The notes under the pieces are model-generated. The model did not search any database. It was not told the origin of the DNA and worked only from the letters and a program-made list of their open reading frames with translations. A program made the translations under genes and the position numbers. Shown here piece after piece: positions 47,891 through 56,170 of a DNA stretch of 64,000 nucleotides. Each line of letters opens with the position of its first letter. Position 1 is the stretch's first letter. The stretch is taken from positions 1 through 64,000 of IMG/VR virus record IMGVR_UViG_3300003702_000496. One strand, given 5' to 3'. Source of the stretch: a virus.

Positions 47891-48384
47891 TTAGAAGGAT
47901 CAATTTGTGGCCACTGTTCAGCATAATCCTCTCCTTTAAAATTAGGATTAATTATATTAGGATCACCCATGAGTTCTAATTCTGTTCCTTCCGCTAAAAT
48001 GCAAGATATACCAGTAGAAGAATGTTCAACAATACTAAATGCGCGTGTTCTGGGATGAACATATACCATGAATATGGTAGTGACAACAGCCATTTTGTTT
48101 TTAGCCACACCTATTGTAAATGGAATCTCTTTATATCCTTCTGTAATAAATTTTTCCACAACAGGAGTATCGTTGCATGTGACTTGTTTAGGCAGTTTAA
48201 ATATAGCGCCGTAAGGTCGTTGACCACGGCGAACAACAGGGGGTACTTTTTCTGGTGGATTTTCCGCAACAACAGGCGCTTCAAGCGGAGTTTCAGTAAT
48301 AGTTGGGGGAACAATTTCTTGAGCATGTGTTGATGCTGTAGCACTAAACAACATAATCGCAATAATTGCCATAATTATACTCAT
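47887..48384 (-). CDS. Secreted/periplasmic hypothetical protein
   Basis: Signal peptide (..THA-Q); K.V.C...CIL..G pattern. Confidence 0.7.
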   Translation of the reverse strand: MSIIMAIIAIMLFSATASTHAQEIVPPTITETPLEAPVVAENPPEKVPPVVRRGQRPYGAIFKLPKQVTCNDTPVVEKFITEGYKEIPFTIGVAKNKMAVVTTIFMVYVHPRTRAFSIVEHSSTGISCILAEGTELELMGDPNIINPNFKGEDYAEQWPQIDPSK

Positions 48385-48411
48385 CTTTTATTTAGTGTTT
48401 CTTTCTATTTA

Positions 48412-48879
48412 CTAGTCAGAAACACTATCCAATTTATTTTGTCTCTCTTGATCTATAAAATTGTATAGTTGTAAATCTATAATCATATGATTATCACCTT
48501 GACTATTTGTTCCTCTCATCTCTGTGCCTTCGGGCATTTGTTTTGCTTTTTGCATCATTTTGCTGATAAGTCTATGCAATTCTTTGGAATAAGGCAATTC
48601 ATATCCGATAGGTTCTTTTATGCCAGGAGTTAATAACCACAAATAAATTGCATCTGGTTCATCAATAAAATGTTTTACTACCAAAAACTTTGAAGGCAGT
48701 TCTTTAGTAGTGGGATAACCCATTAATTGTGTATATGTGTACGCAACACTGCCCGTAAGAAAAAGAACAAGCGGAATGAACACAAAGAGAAATGATTTCC
48801 TCTTCACAAGTGTTATTAAAGTAAACAAGCATAACACCGCAAACATTATGAGTGAAAGGAAAAGTAAACTTACTTCCAT
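48412..48879 (-). CDS. Membrane protein, third gene of the ExbB/ExbD-like module
   Basis: Two N-terminal TM helices, G.P, EP..IYLW, P..Y.LPY.K.LH. Confidence 0.75.
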   Translation of the reverse strand: MEVSLLFLSLIMFAVLCLFTLITLVKRKSFLFVFIPLVLFLTGSVAYTYTQLMGYPTTKELPSKFLVVKHFIDEPDAIYLWLLTPGIKEPIGYELPYSKELHRLISKMMQKAKQMPEGTEMRGTNSQGDNHMIIDLQLYNFIDQERQNKLDSVSD

Positions 48880-48882
48880 ATC

Positions 48883-49539
48883 CTACGGAGCTCCGGCCGG
48901 TGGTGGCGCACTCTGTGGTTCAACACGACTATCTGTAAATTCTGTTGGGTCATTGATGATACTTATTGGGTCTTTATTTGTGTCAATAATACTTCCCAAC
49001 TTATTCAGAGTTATTCTCCGAATTGTAATTTCCTCTCCTCTTTTGAGCATCACCACCTTCTCTTCAAATAAAATTCTATATGGATTTATTTTTATCATTT
49101 GCACTGTTATATTTGTTAGGTCCGGCGATTTTTTATTAAACATATGAACATTGATAATATATTCGCCCGGGTGCCATCCGCGCAATGAGACTACTTCTCT
49201 GTTCAGAAGTATAATTTGTCGAGTGCCATCAGGAAGAATAAGTGTATCATTGATGGAGCCAAGATCATCCTTATCCAGATGCATCAATCCTTCAACTTTA
49301 TTCTTGAAAGAGACATGCTTTTTTAGTGGGTTTCGTACCCACAAATCCACATCATCATGTGACTCCTTATCCCATTCAAGAACAATAATATATTCCGCTT
49401 TTCTCTCCACCTCAGATTGTTTTGTAACTGGATTTATCAACAACAATGCTAGAATTAACATACTGATAAACGCTAACAGTAGAATGAATAAAAAATCAAC
49501 AAACGCTAGATTATTATGAAATCTACGAATTTGACGCAT
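48883..49539 (-). CDS. Single-TM ExbD/MotB-like partner with a YfaP/DUF2135-like periplasmic domain
   Basis: AFVDFLF TM with Asp; W....DDVDLWV..P, LD.DD.G, N.E, GEY.INVH. Confidence 0.65.
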   Translation of the reverse strand: MRQIRRFHNNLAFVDFLFILLLAFISMLILALLLINPVTKQSEVERKAEYIIVLEWDKESHDDVDLWVRNPLKKHVSFKNKVEGLMHLDKDDLGSINDTLILPDGTRQIILLNREVVSLRGWHPGEYIINVHMFNKKSPDLTNITVQMIKINPYRILFEEKVVMLKRGEEITIRRITLNKLGSIIDTNKDPISIINDPTEFTDSRVEPQSAPPPAGAP

Positions 49540-49963
49540 TATATGTTACTAATTGTATTTTAAGAATGACAGAGGAAATTAGTCCCAATAAGGTTGTGCT
49601 TAGAGCTGTATATAGTCCTCTACTCATTGATGACAGAACTGCTCGTATGCTTTCAACATCAGTGAATTGTACTGAATCAAATGTTCCGATTAACATTATC
49701 ATAAATCCGATAATGGTTCCTATCATACCGAGCGTAAGAACGGCATCAGAAATAAACCATTCTACTTCATTATCAAATTGTTTCTTAAAAAATGATTTAT
49801 AACCAAGTGATAATGTTGTAGCTCCAAATACCATAGTAATTAGATAAGTTATCATTGTTGCATCTTTTTCATACAACGGCAATAACCAATCATTTGCATA
49901 CGAGAAGTATATCAAAACTCCAAGTACACACATTGTTAACCACCAGCGTAGTGATTTTATCAT
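49523..49963 (-). CDS. MotA/TolQ/ExbB proton-channel family protein
   Basis: LGMIGTIIGF...G...AL.TTL.GL motif; start set at MIKSLRWW after SD AAGGGAG. Confidence 0.85.
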   Translation of the reverse strand: MIKSLRWWLTMCVLGVLIYFSYANDWLLPLYEKDATMITYLITMVFGATTLSLGYKSFFKKQFDNEVEWFISDAVLTLGMIGTIIGFMIMLIGTFDSVQFTDVESIRAVLSSMSRGLYTALSTTLLGLISSVILKIQLVTYNASNS

Positions 49964-50667
49964 ATTACTCCCTTTTTCTGACTTAGTATACTTTTTTCTG
50001 TTAATTCCGGCCCGCTTTCCAAATTTTCTTTCTGCTCCCACGGCCTTTCATATGACGTATTGATATCGGGATTTGTCTCACCGTATATAATTGGCAACGT
50101 GTTCCAAAAGATTACGCCTATAGATACGCGATTTCCTTCATATGGTTGTACTGCATGAGTTACATTCATTGGAAAGGATATCAGTCTATTTACAATTGGC
50201 GCTATCGAATCTGTTTCAATCTCCGCCCATGAGAATAATTCCTTCTCATTTATTTTTACTCTGGTAACAGGCGGTTTAGTATAGATATTTAGATGTCCTC
50301 CAGCTGTAGGTGCTCTCAGATAATATATAAATGTCTTTTCTGGCGGATTGGGTGGCGTGTAATCTACTCCGCCACTGGTGCAATAAGATACTAAATCACT
50401 ATGCGGTAAAGGGTCTTTTGGTCTAATGTTCCACCAAGCAGTTGCACCAGATATATCCTGATGCCACTGCACTGCTGTTGCACTAGATATAGAACTATGA
50501 TCTAATTCATGGTAGAATTTATAGAAAATCTTATGAACCAGATCATGAAATGCGTTCTCAGGTTTAGCATTTCTTCCTATCCAGTGGACTTCCGAGAATT
50601 TCATAGAAGTCGTGCCCAATGCTAGATATAAGGATTCGTCTAAAAAATTGTCTGTTATTGTTATCAT
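49960..50667 (-). CDS. 2OG-Fe(II) oxygenase
   Basis: I.DNFL, PHSD, IYYL, GG.L, NRL, HAV, R.SI. Confidence 0.8.
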   Translation of the reverse strand: MITITDNFLDESLYLALGTTSMKFSEVHWIGRNAKPENAFHDLVHKIFYKFYHELDHSSISSATAVQWHQDISGATAWWNIRPKDPLPHSDLVSYCTSGGVDYTPPNPPEKTFIYYLRAPTAGGHLNIYTKPPVTRVKINEKELFSWAEIETDSIAPIVNRLISFPMNVTHAVQPYEGNRVSIGVIFWNTLPIIYGETNPDINTSYERPWEQKENLESGPELTEKSILSQKKGVI

Positions 50668-50963
50668 ACACCGAAGCTTTCCCCACAACCACAAGAACTG
50701 GTAGAAGTAGGATTTACTACCTTTAGAAAACTACCACCAAGCTCTGTTACATAATCTATTTCGCTACCAATAACATACATCTCTGCCATTGGGTCTAGTA
50801 TCAGTATATCATCAATTAAATAGGGAGTATTGTCTGTTTCTGATGTTGTTCCCCATATATATTGGAATCCAGCACAACCCCCGCCCTTTACACCAAGAGT
50901 TATGTATCCACCGTTGGACACAGTATGCATATATTCCTTTGCACGACTTGTAAGTTTAATCAT
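50664..50963 (-). CDS. iscA: HesB/IscA Fe-S cluster assembly protein
   Basis: GGGCAGFQY and SSCGCGESF. Confidence 0.95.
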   Translation of the reverse strand: MIKLTSRAKEYMHTVSNGGYITLGVKGGGCAGFQYIWGTTSETDNTPYLIDDILILDPMAEMYVIGSEIDYVTELGGSFLKVVNPTSTSSCGCGESFGV

Positions 50964-50971
50964 ATACTTAT

Positions 50972-51109
50972 TTAGGTTAAACGCTTTGCCTTGCGTAATA
51001 GATATGCTATAACCGTATCCCAATAGTTTTTAGCCCATTCGGTTTTAGATACTTCCCTCGCAGAATATGCTCGATCTATTCTCTCAGTTATTAAGTCTAA
51101 GATCATCAT
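50972..51109 (-). CDS. Small hypothetical protein (45 aa; EWAKNYW)
   Basis: Read by hand; fills an otherwise empty gap. Confidence 0.6.
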   Translation of the reverse strand: MMILDLITERIDRAYSAREVSKTEWAKNYWDTVIAYLLRKAKRLT

Positions 51110-51431
51110 TGACCTCCATTCGTTCCTTTAATTCATCAAGTAAATCCATGAAGGTACGATAAAACTTCTCAGTTCTGGCGTCAAACTCTTCACTAAACTC
51201 ATTAAAGTATTCTTTGAATTTATTACCATCTTCATCAACTCTAGGTACACAGAGAGTCTTTATTGTAGAATCTTGTTTAGCAATAGATTTTTTTGCTTGA
51301 AGACAGGACTTCATAGAAGGCATATCTATTACGAGAGGCGGATTGCTCTCTAGTAAGATATGATCATCCATATCTTTAATATAATTACCATCACCACCTA
51401 ATGCAGTAATAATTAATAATGCTTTTATCAT
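51084..51431 (-). CDS. Secreted hypothetical protein
   Basis: Hydrophobic N-terminus, SM..C..A and LCVP motifs. Confidence 0.65.
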   Translation of the reverse strand: MIKALLIITALGGDGNYIKDMDDHILLESNPPLVIDMPSMKSCLQAKKSIAKQDSTIKTLCVPRVDEDGNKFKEYFNEFSEEFDARTEKFYRTFMDLLDELKERMEVNDDLRLNN

Positions 51432-51529
51432 ATTATCATAGCCCAGGCTAACAAACTGAAACATATCCCAAGTATAAACCCAGTTGCCATTCCAGCGGCA
51501 AAAGCTCTACCTTCATAATCAATAAACAT

Positions 51530-51709
51530 TTAATATTTTTCCTTCTGCTTTTTATTTTCTTGTCCAATACCCATTAAAATTAAAAGAACATATGGTATTG
51601 TCCAAGCCCAATGTGTTAAGTATCCTGTGATATGCAATGTCATTAACACAACACCTGTTAAACCTGTTGTACTAAGTCCAGCAGGTTTGCTAATTTCTGG
51701 TAACTTCAT
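51530..51709 (-). CDS. Small membrane protein (GLSTTGLTGV)
   Basis: Start reassigned to MKLPEIS; two hydrophobic segments. Confidence 0.65.
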   Translation of the reverse strand: MKLPEISKPAGLSTTGLTGVVLMTLHITGYLTHWAWTIPYVLLILMGIGQENKKQKEKY

Positions 51710-51710
51710 A

Positions 51711-51926
51711 TTACATTTCTCCCCATCCAGCGTTGCGTAGCCACGCATTGTCCGCTGCGGTGTTATCGTCTTGGATTTTGAAATCCGCCATCTTGGATTT
51801 GTCACTAGCGCAGCTGTCACAGATCGTTCTGTCGCCCCAAGGATCGGTATTGCCGCATCGCACCTCAGTTGCTCGATAGTCGTAACCGTGCGGCACATAA
51901 AAGGTCACTTTGTTTTTACATGTCAT
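51711..51926 (-). CDS. Small Cys-containing hypothetical protein
   Basis: C...CG.T..G...CDSC; start at MTCKNK. Confidence 0.7.
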   Translation of the reverse strand: MTCKNKVTFYVPHGYDYRATEVRCGNTDPWGDRTICDSCASDKSKMADFKIQDDNTAADNAWLRNAGWGEM

Positions 51927-51927
51927 C

Positions 51928-52233
51928 TTATATTTTACTCCATCCAGTAGATTCACATTTGAATGTATCTCTGCCAATTATCACCATATCGCCTGGACTT
52001 GTACTACGACAGGAAATACCCTTGAACAACTTGGTAACATCTTTATTCTTCCACCAAGCGGTATCAATGGTGTTGGTCAATACATATGCTTTCTCTAGCT
52101 TCTCATCAGTAGTTAGATTTTTTTTCATATCAATTGACGCAACTTTGTGAGGGGCGCTGCCATATGCAGCATGTATCACTGTTACCTTCTCAGATAATAG
52201 TGTTTTTATTAGGGCATCTGCTATTTTACTCAT
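51928..52233 (-). CDS. Hypothetical protein (RSTS.GD family)
   Basis: TN.ID..W, RSTSPGD, GW motifs seen in small phage early proteins. Confidence 0.75.
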   Translation of the reverse strand: MSKIADALIKTLLSEKVTVIHAAYGSAPHKVASIDMKKNLTTDEKLEKAYVLTNTIDTAWWKNKDVTKLFKGISCRSTSPGDMVIIGRDTFKCESTGWSKI

Positions 52234-52239
52234 AAGGAT

Positions 52240-52794
52240 TTACCAGCTGGCGTAACCATCCCTTGCTTCCATTCGATATGAAGAACGATTATTATTGCGA
52301 TTATTATTGACAATTTCCCAAGAACCATCAGGTTGTCTGCAAGCAGTTCCGTATGCAGAATGACGTTCTCCAGCAATTGTCACCTCAGTCTGATATTCTC
52401 GACAATATCGGTTTCCATGCCTAAAAGTATTTACTGGAGTGATGTTTCCATAATTTCCAGTGTCGGGGTTGTTCCAAGTGGTAGAAGTACCGCTTCTTGA
52501 ATATTCAAGCGAATTTTGTGCATTTCTTGTGAGATACATTTGATCTACTTTATCCATAGAACTTCCTACATCCCTACCTATTAGGCCTCCAAGAAAAACT
52601 CCTACACCAACTGCAACCAATTGTCCTCGGCCCTTTCCTATTTGTGACCCGCCTAGACCGCCTAGAGCAGCGCCAAGCAACAGTCCAATAGTCTCTTTAG
52701 GGCCACTTCCAGCAGTTGCTGAAGTGGTAGCAGCATTACAACCACCTAAAATTAATGCAATTGCACATGTAGTTGTCAGTAAAAACTTTCTCAT
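52240..52794 (-). CDS. Glycine-zipper lipoprotein, rickettsial 17-kDa surface antigen / RT0821-like
   Basis: Lipobox LGGC, Gly zipper, W.NPD.G, YCREYQ, YGTACRQPDGSW. Confidence 0.9.
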   Translation of the reverse strand: MRKFLLTTTCAIALILGGCNAATTSATAGSGPKETIGLLLGAALGGLGGSQIGKGRGQLVAVGVGVFLGGLIGRDVGSSMDKVDQMYLTRNAQNSLEYSRSGTSTTWNNPDTGNYGNITPVNTFRHGNRYCREYQTEVTIAGERHSAYGTACRQPDGSWEIVNNNRNNNRSSYRMEARDGYASW

Positions 52795-52821
52795 AACTTT
52801 CCTCAGTTCAGTTTATGTTTA

Positions 52822-52850
52822 ATAGTATCATATAGAATATAATTTGTCAA
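52822..52850 (-). promoter_or_regulatory. Sigma70-type early promoter TTGACA-N17-TACTAT
   Basis: Perfect -35, 17-nt spacer, TGn; upstream of the lipoprotein. Confidence 0.85.
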
Positions 52851-52902
52851 GTCTTTATATTTATTCATTATTCCAATGAATTATATAGGTAACGTATCCA
52901 CT

Positions 52903-53199
52903 TTATAATGTACACAAATCATGATAACCTAGTTCGCGAAGAGTGTTATTCCACTCTTCCTCTTTTCTCATAAAGGAAAGTTTTTCGTTTCGGTTTCTGC
53001 TATACTCACGAAGTTTCTCTTTGTTATTCTCGCGATATTTCTTTGCAGCTGCAAGAACTTTCTCTTTGTTATTCTCACGCCATTTCTTTGCAGATTCAAG
53101 AACTTTCTCTGGATACCTCTCACGGTATCTAATATTAGAAGCGCGCTTTTTCTCTGCTTTAGTCATAACAACTTCTTCATTTCTCATTACCATGTCCAA
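52903..53199 (-). CDS. Basic repeat protein (KKWRENNKEK repeats)
   Basis: Repeats resemble linker regions of phage homing endonucleases, but no nuclease domain is present. Confidence 0.6.
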   Translation of the reverse strand: MDMVMRNEEVVMTKAEKKRASNIRYRERYPEKVLESAKKWRENNKEKVLAAAKKYRENNKEKLREYSRNRNEKLSFMRKEEEWNNTLRELGYHDLCTL

Positions 53200-53936
53200 T
53201 CCCGATTACGCCGGCCGGAGCGCCAAGGCTTCTTCTTTAAAGCGTTAATGTTACGAGTTAGTTTGTTCTTCTTATCAATGGTATTAGTGGAGGCCTGCAA
53301 ACTCTCAGCGAAGTGGATAATGGCCATCTTGACTTCCCTATGCCGTTTGTGGTAGTTCTTTCCACCGACAATACGAAACTCAATCCATCCAGTACCCTTT
53401 TTGATATTCAATTTTGACATGTTGATCGAATCGTACTTGTACTTATTATTCATCTTGTTCTTGAGTTTGGTAAACACCCTATCCTGAGAATCATTTTTTC
53501 TCAGGGTCAGGCCCTTCTTCATAGGTTCAACAAACTCGTTTTGAGTGCGCTTGAATGCCCTTAACCACTTCTGTTCATCCACAAGTAGAACTAGTTTTGC
53601 CTCATCAATCTTCTTGGTTTCACTTTTTCGGGAGAATCCCAGATTGATATGAAGACCACATGACGCATTTGTTTGAGCGTTCATGAGTTCCATCAAAGTG
53701 AACAATTTGTCTATCGCCTTCAAGCCCTTTTTCAAAGACCAAACAGGCGTGACAATCTCCACATCTGAATTGTCCCTATTGGTTGTAACAGAAGGATCAT
53801 CTGTTACAATGAATTTGTCCCGAGTCCTGAAACTGTTGCGGTCAACAATTTCGGGGAAGATCGCCTTCACTGCACCTCTGATTGTAGAACTAGGGGCATC
53901 TACACCCATCTCTAGTTCATAACCAACTTCGATCAT
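53187..53936 (-). CDS. Putative amidoligase (COOH-NH2 ligase superfamily)
   Basis: G.ELE, D.S, EIVTP, N.SCGLHI, KY..IN, IEFR. Confidence 0.88.
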   Translation of the reverse strand: MIEVGYELEMGVDAPSSTIRGAVKAIFPEIVDRNSFRTRDKFIVTDDPSVTTNRDNSDVEIVTPVWSLKKGLKAIDKLFTLMELMNAQTNASCGLHINLGFSRKSETKKIDEAKLVLLVDEQKWLRAFKRTQNEFVEPMKKGLTLRKNDSQDRVFTKLKNKMNNKYKYDSINMSKLNIKKGTGWIEFRIVGGKNYHKRHREVKMAIIHFAESLQASTNTIDKKNKLTRNINALKKKPWRSGRRNRDWTW

Positions 53937-53965
53937 TACAAAACCTTTTCTCTCACTTATACCCT

Positions 53966-53994
53966 ATGCTACCATATGGGATAGGGTTTGTCAA
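53966..53994 (-). promoter_or_regulatory. Sigma70-type early promoter TTGACA-N17-TAGCAT
   Basis: Perfect -35, 17-nt spacer, TGn. Confidence 0.8.
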
Positions 53995-54218
53995 CTAAAA
54001 TCGCCCGGGGCCCAGAACGCTCGTTCTGGAGTCCAAGAAAAATTTCTATCATCGAGCCATCGCCATTCACCCGTTTTCAACGACTGAATAGGAGGCAGAC
54101 GGCGAGGGTGTGACATTTTTATCACACCTGGCGGCAAGTCTAAGACTTCCCACTGGTCGCCGTGTTCATGGACACGGTTTTTCCCGTGTCTGGTGATACC
54201 TTTAAGGGTAATAATCAT
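53991..54218 (-). CDS. Hypothetical early protein (LKGITRHGKNRVHEHG..W)
   Basis: ORF directly after a promoter, near-leaderless. Confidence 0.75.
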   Translation of the reverse strand: MIITLKGITRHGKNRVHEHGDQWEVLDLPPGVIKMSHPRRLPPIQSLKTGEWRWLDDRNFSWTPERAFWAPGDFS

Positions 54219-54226
54219 TATGTCTT

Positions 54227-54255
54227 ATTCTAACACATGGGACAGGGTTTGTCAA
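54227..54255 (-). promoter_or_regulatory. Sigma70-type early promoter TTGACA-N17-TAGAAT
   Basis: Perfect -35, 17-nt spacer, TGn. Confidence 0.85.
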
Positions 54256-54269
54256 ATCAGCCCCCCTGT

Positions 54270-54428
54270 TAAGTCATTGAAATTAAAGACAGAATCGAGG
54301 TTTTTTTTCTACTTTTTTTGTGGTTAAGCCATTGATAATAAACAAAACTTTTTTTATGTCTAAGTCATTGATTCTAAACGATTTTGAAAAAAAAGTTCAA
54401 AAATCTTTTAAGTCATTGATATATAAAG
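54270..54428. repeat. Four direct repeats TAAG(T/C)CATTGA-N3/4-TAAA
   Basis: Copies start at 54270, 54325, 54361 and 54409 in an A/T-tract-rich interval. Confidence 0.85.
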
Positions 54429-55297
54429 ATATTGTCTGTGAGGAAGTCATAGACCTCAGAAAATGGGCCTGCGGAAATCATAATTATCGCATCTCTATCA
54501 AGGGCATTCAATTCTTCTAAAGTCTCAGCACAACAGATGTCCACATAGCATTCATCCGATTGTATGTGAGAAGTGATATATCTTTTGATATAGTCTATTG
54601 ATTCAATCTTAGACCAAGTAGATACTTCCTGTAAGGTTTGATATATGGAGACAGCCCTCTGACGGTCAGACTGCGTTAATAGTTTATTACGAGAACTACA
54701 AGCAAGACCATCAGAATCCCTTATGATAGGAGCTATGACTACCTTTATGGGAAGACCTAACTGTTTGATAAGAGATTTTAACCCAAAATTTTGATATGCG
54801 TCCTTTTGCCCGACCACAGTTATATCTGGCATTATAACATTAAATACTGGAAAATATGTTGAAAGAACATACGTCAATCTGGGAGAGATAGTCGCATCAA
54901 ATGTATCACGATTTCTCCAGAAAGCATATGCTTTCTCACACATTTCTATGGGAATACTCAAATCATCTATATATAATTGATCCCCTACTCCACCAATATA
55001 AAAAAATACATCTACCCCATTTGATTTTGCTAATTCAATATCTCTTGAAAGTCCATTTGACATCTTTCTATATTGCAATAAACTTTTCGTATATTCTTCA
55101 GCGGATTGTTCTTTATAATCTACACTGTGACCAGCACTTAGTACCACTACATCAGCATTTTCTTTGGCAATCTTTACCAAGGACATATGACCATCATGTA
55201 ATTCTGCATCTGTATCTATAGATGCTATAGTTTTACCTTCACGTTTTAATCGTTGACAATAATCTTTTGTCACTTGAATTGATTCTATAAATTTCAT
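54413..55297 (-). CDS. Pantothenate synthetase (PanC)-like amide ligase, paralog 3
   Basis: LHDGH (HIGH motif), GQKD, RDSDGLACSSRN; pantoate-site motifs altered. Confidence 0.85.
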   Translation of the reverse strand: MKFIESIQVTKDYCQRLKREGKTIASIDTDAELHDGHMSLVKIAKENADVVVLSAGHSVDYKEQSAEEYTKSLLQYRKMSNGLSRDIELAKSNGVDVFFYIGGVGDQLYIDDLSIPIEMCEKAYAFWRNRDTFDATISPRLTYVLSTYFPVFNVIMPDITVVGQKDAYQNFGLKSLIKQLGLPIKVVIAPIIRDSDGLACSSRNKLLTQSDRQRAVSIYQTLQEVSTWSKIESIDYIKRYITSHIQSDECYVDICCAETLEELNALDRDAIIMISAGPFSEVYDFLTDNIFIYQ

Positions 55298-55300
55298 TTC

Positions 55301-56167
55301 TTAATTACTTTGATATTTTAGTATTGGTAATTTCTCAATAGTTACATAACCAGGCGGCGCCTGTAGAATATGAGGTATTCTGTTTATCGTTTGAGCTGAT
55401 GTTACCACAGGCGATCCTAATCCATCCACTTTTACGTTAAGGTTTGGTTCGCCCCTTATTTCCCACGCTTTAAACTCTTCCCCCACAATTAACTTATATT
55501 GACCAACCATTCTTATACCTTCTTTAGTCGTAATATCCAACTTTGTACCACTCGCATCTATAGTTTCTTCTACATCTATAATATTCAGATTTAAAGCTGA
55601 AGCTACATTATCCCAAAATGTTACATATATACTTGGACTTTTTGATAATGTAGCAAATGTTTCGGGCCCGAAATTAGTTGTATCAAAACAACTACGATAG
55701 ATAATTTCATCTATTCGATGGCAAGCACCTGACATTAATACTCCTAGATGCACAATACCAAAATCTTGAGCACCAGTTCCAGTGATTGTGACACCATATT
55801 CTTTTGCTATATTATCTAATTCAACAGTTAGTTCGGGGTATAGTCTCCATGAAAATGAAGAACTTTCTCCTATAGTAGCTACATTCTTTCTTGCTTCTAA
55901 ACACTGTTTGTAAATTGGAAACATTATAGGCAATTCACTTGCTACTGCAACAATAACGATATCTGCTGTCTTTGATAACACCTTTTCTGGGTCATCAGAT
56001 ATAGGTACATTCAAATAATCAATGCCGGACAATAAACCCAAATCTTTACCAATTTTAGGGCCGGGTCTATTGATTGCTCCTACAATATCAATACCCCTTT
56101 CTTTTAATAATCTTGTAGCCAACATATTCATTTGGCCCACACCATATATTATAACTTTTGTTGTCAT
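55301..56167 (-). CDS. NAD(P)-dependent amine dehydrogenase / 2,4-diaminopentanoate dehydrogenase-like (DapB-like fold)
   Basis: YGVGQM Rossmann motif, GKDLG, NV.TIGE, GTG, T.A..INRIP....APPG..T. Confidence 0.8.
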   Translation of the reverse strand: MTTKVIIYGVGQMNMLATRLLKERGIDIVGAINRPGPKIGKDLGLLSGIDYLNVPISDDPEKVLSKTADIVIVAVASELPIMFPIYKQCLEARKNVATIGESSSFSWRLYPELTVELDNIAKEYGVTITGTGAQDFGIVHLGVLMSGACHRIDEIIYRSCFDTTNFGPETFATLSKSPSIYVTFWDNVASALNLNIIDVEETIDASGTKLDITTKEGIRMVGQYKLIVGEEFKAWEIRGEPNLNVKVDGLGSPVVTSAQTINRIPHILQAPPGYVTIEKLPILKYQSN

Positions 56168-56170
56168 ATC

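Noticed and set aside
48883-49963. Zorya (ZorAB) defence system
   Set aside because: The A subunit lacks the long cytoplasmic tail, the B subunit lacks an OmpA-like domain, and there is no zorC/D/E
52903-53199. Homing endonuclease
   Set aside because: Only the basic repeat region is present; no HNH or GIY-YIG catalytic motif
54270-54428. CRISPR mini-array
   Set aside because: Repeats are short (11-19 nt), spacing is irregular, spacers are low-complexity A/T tracts, and there are no cas genes
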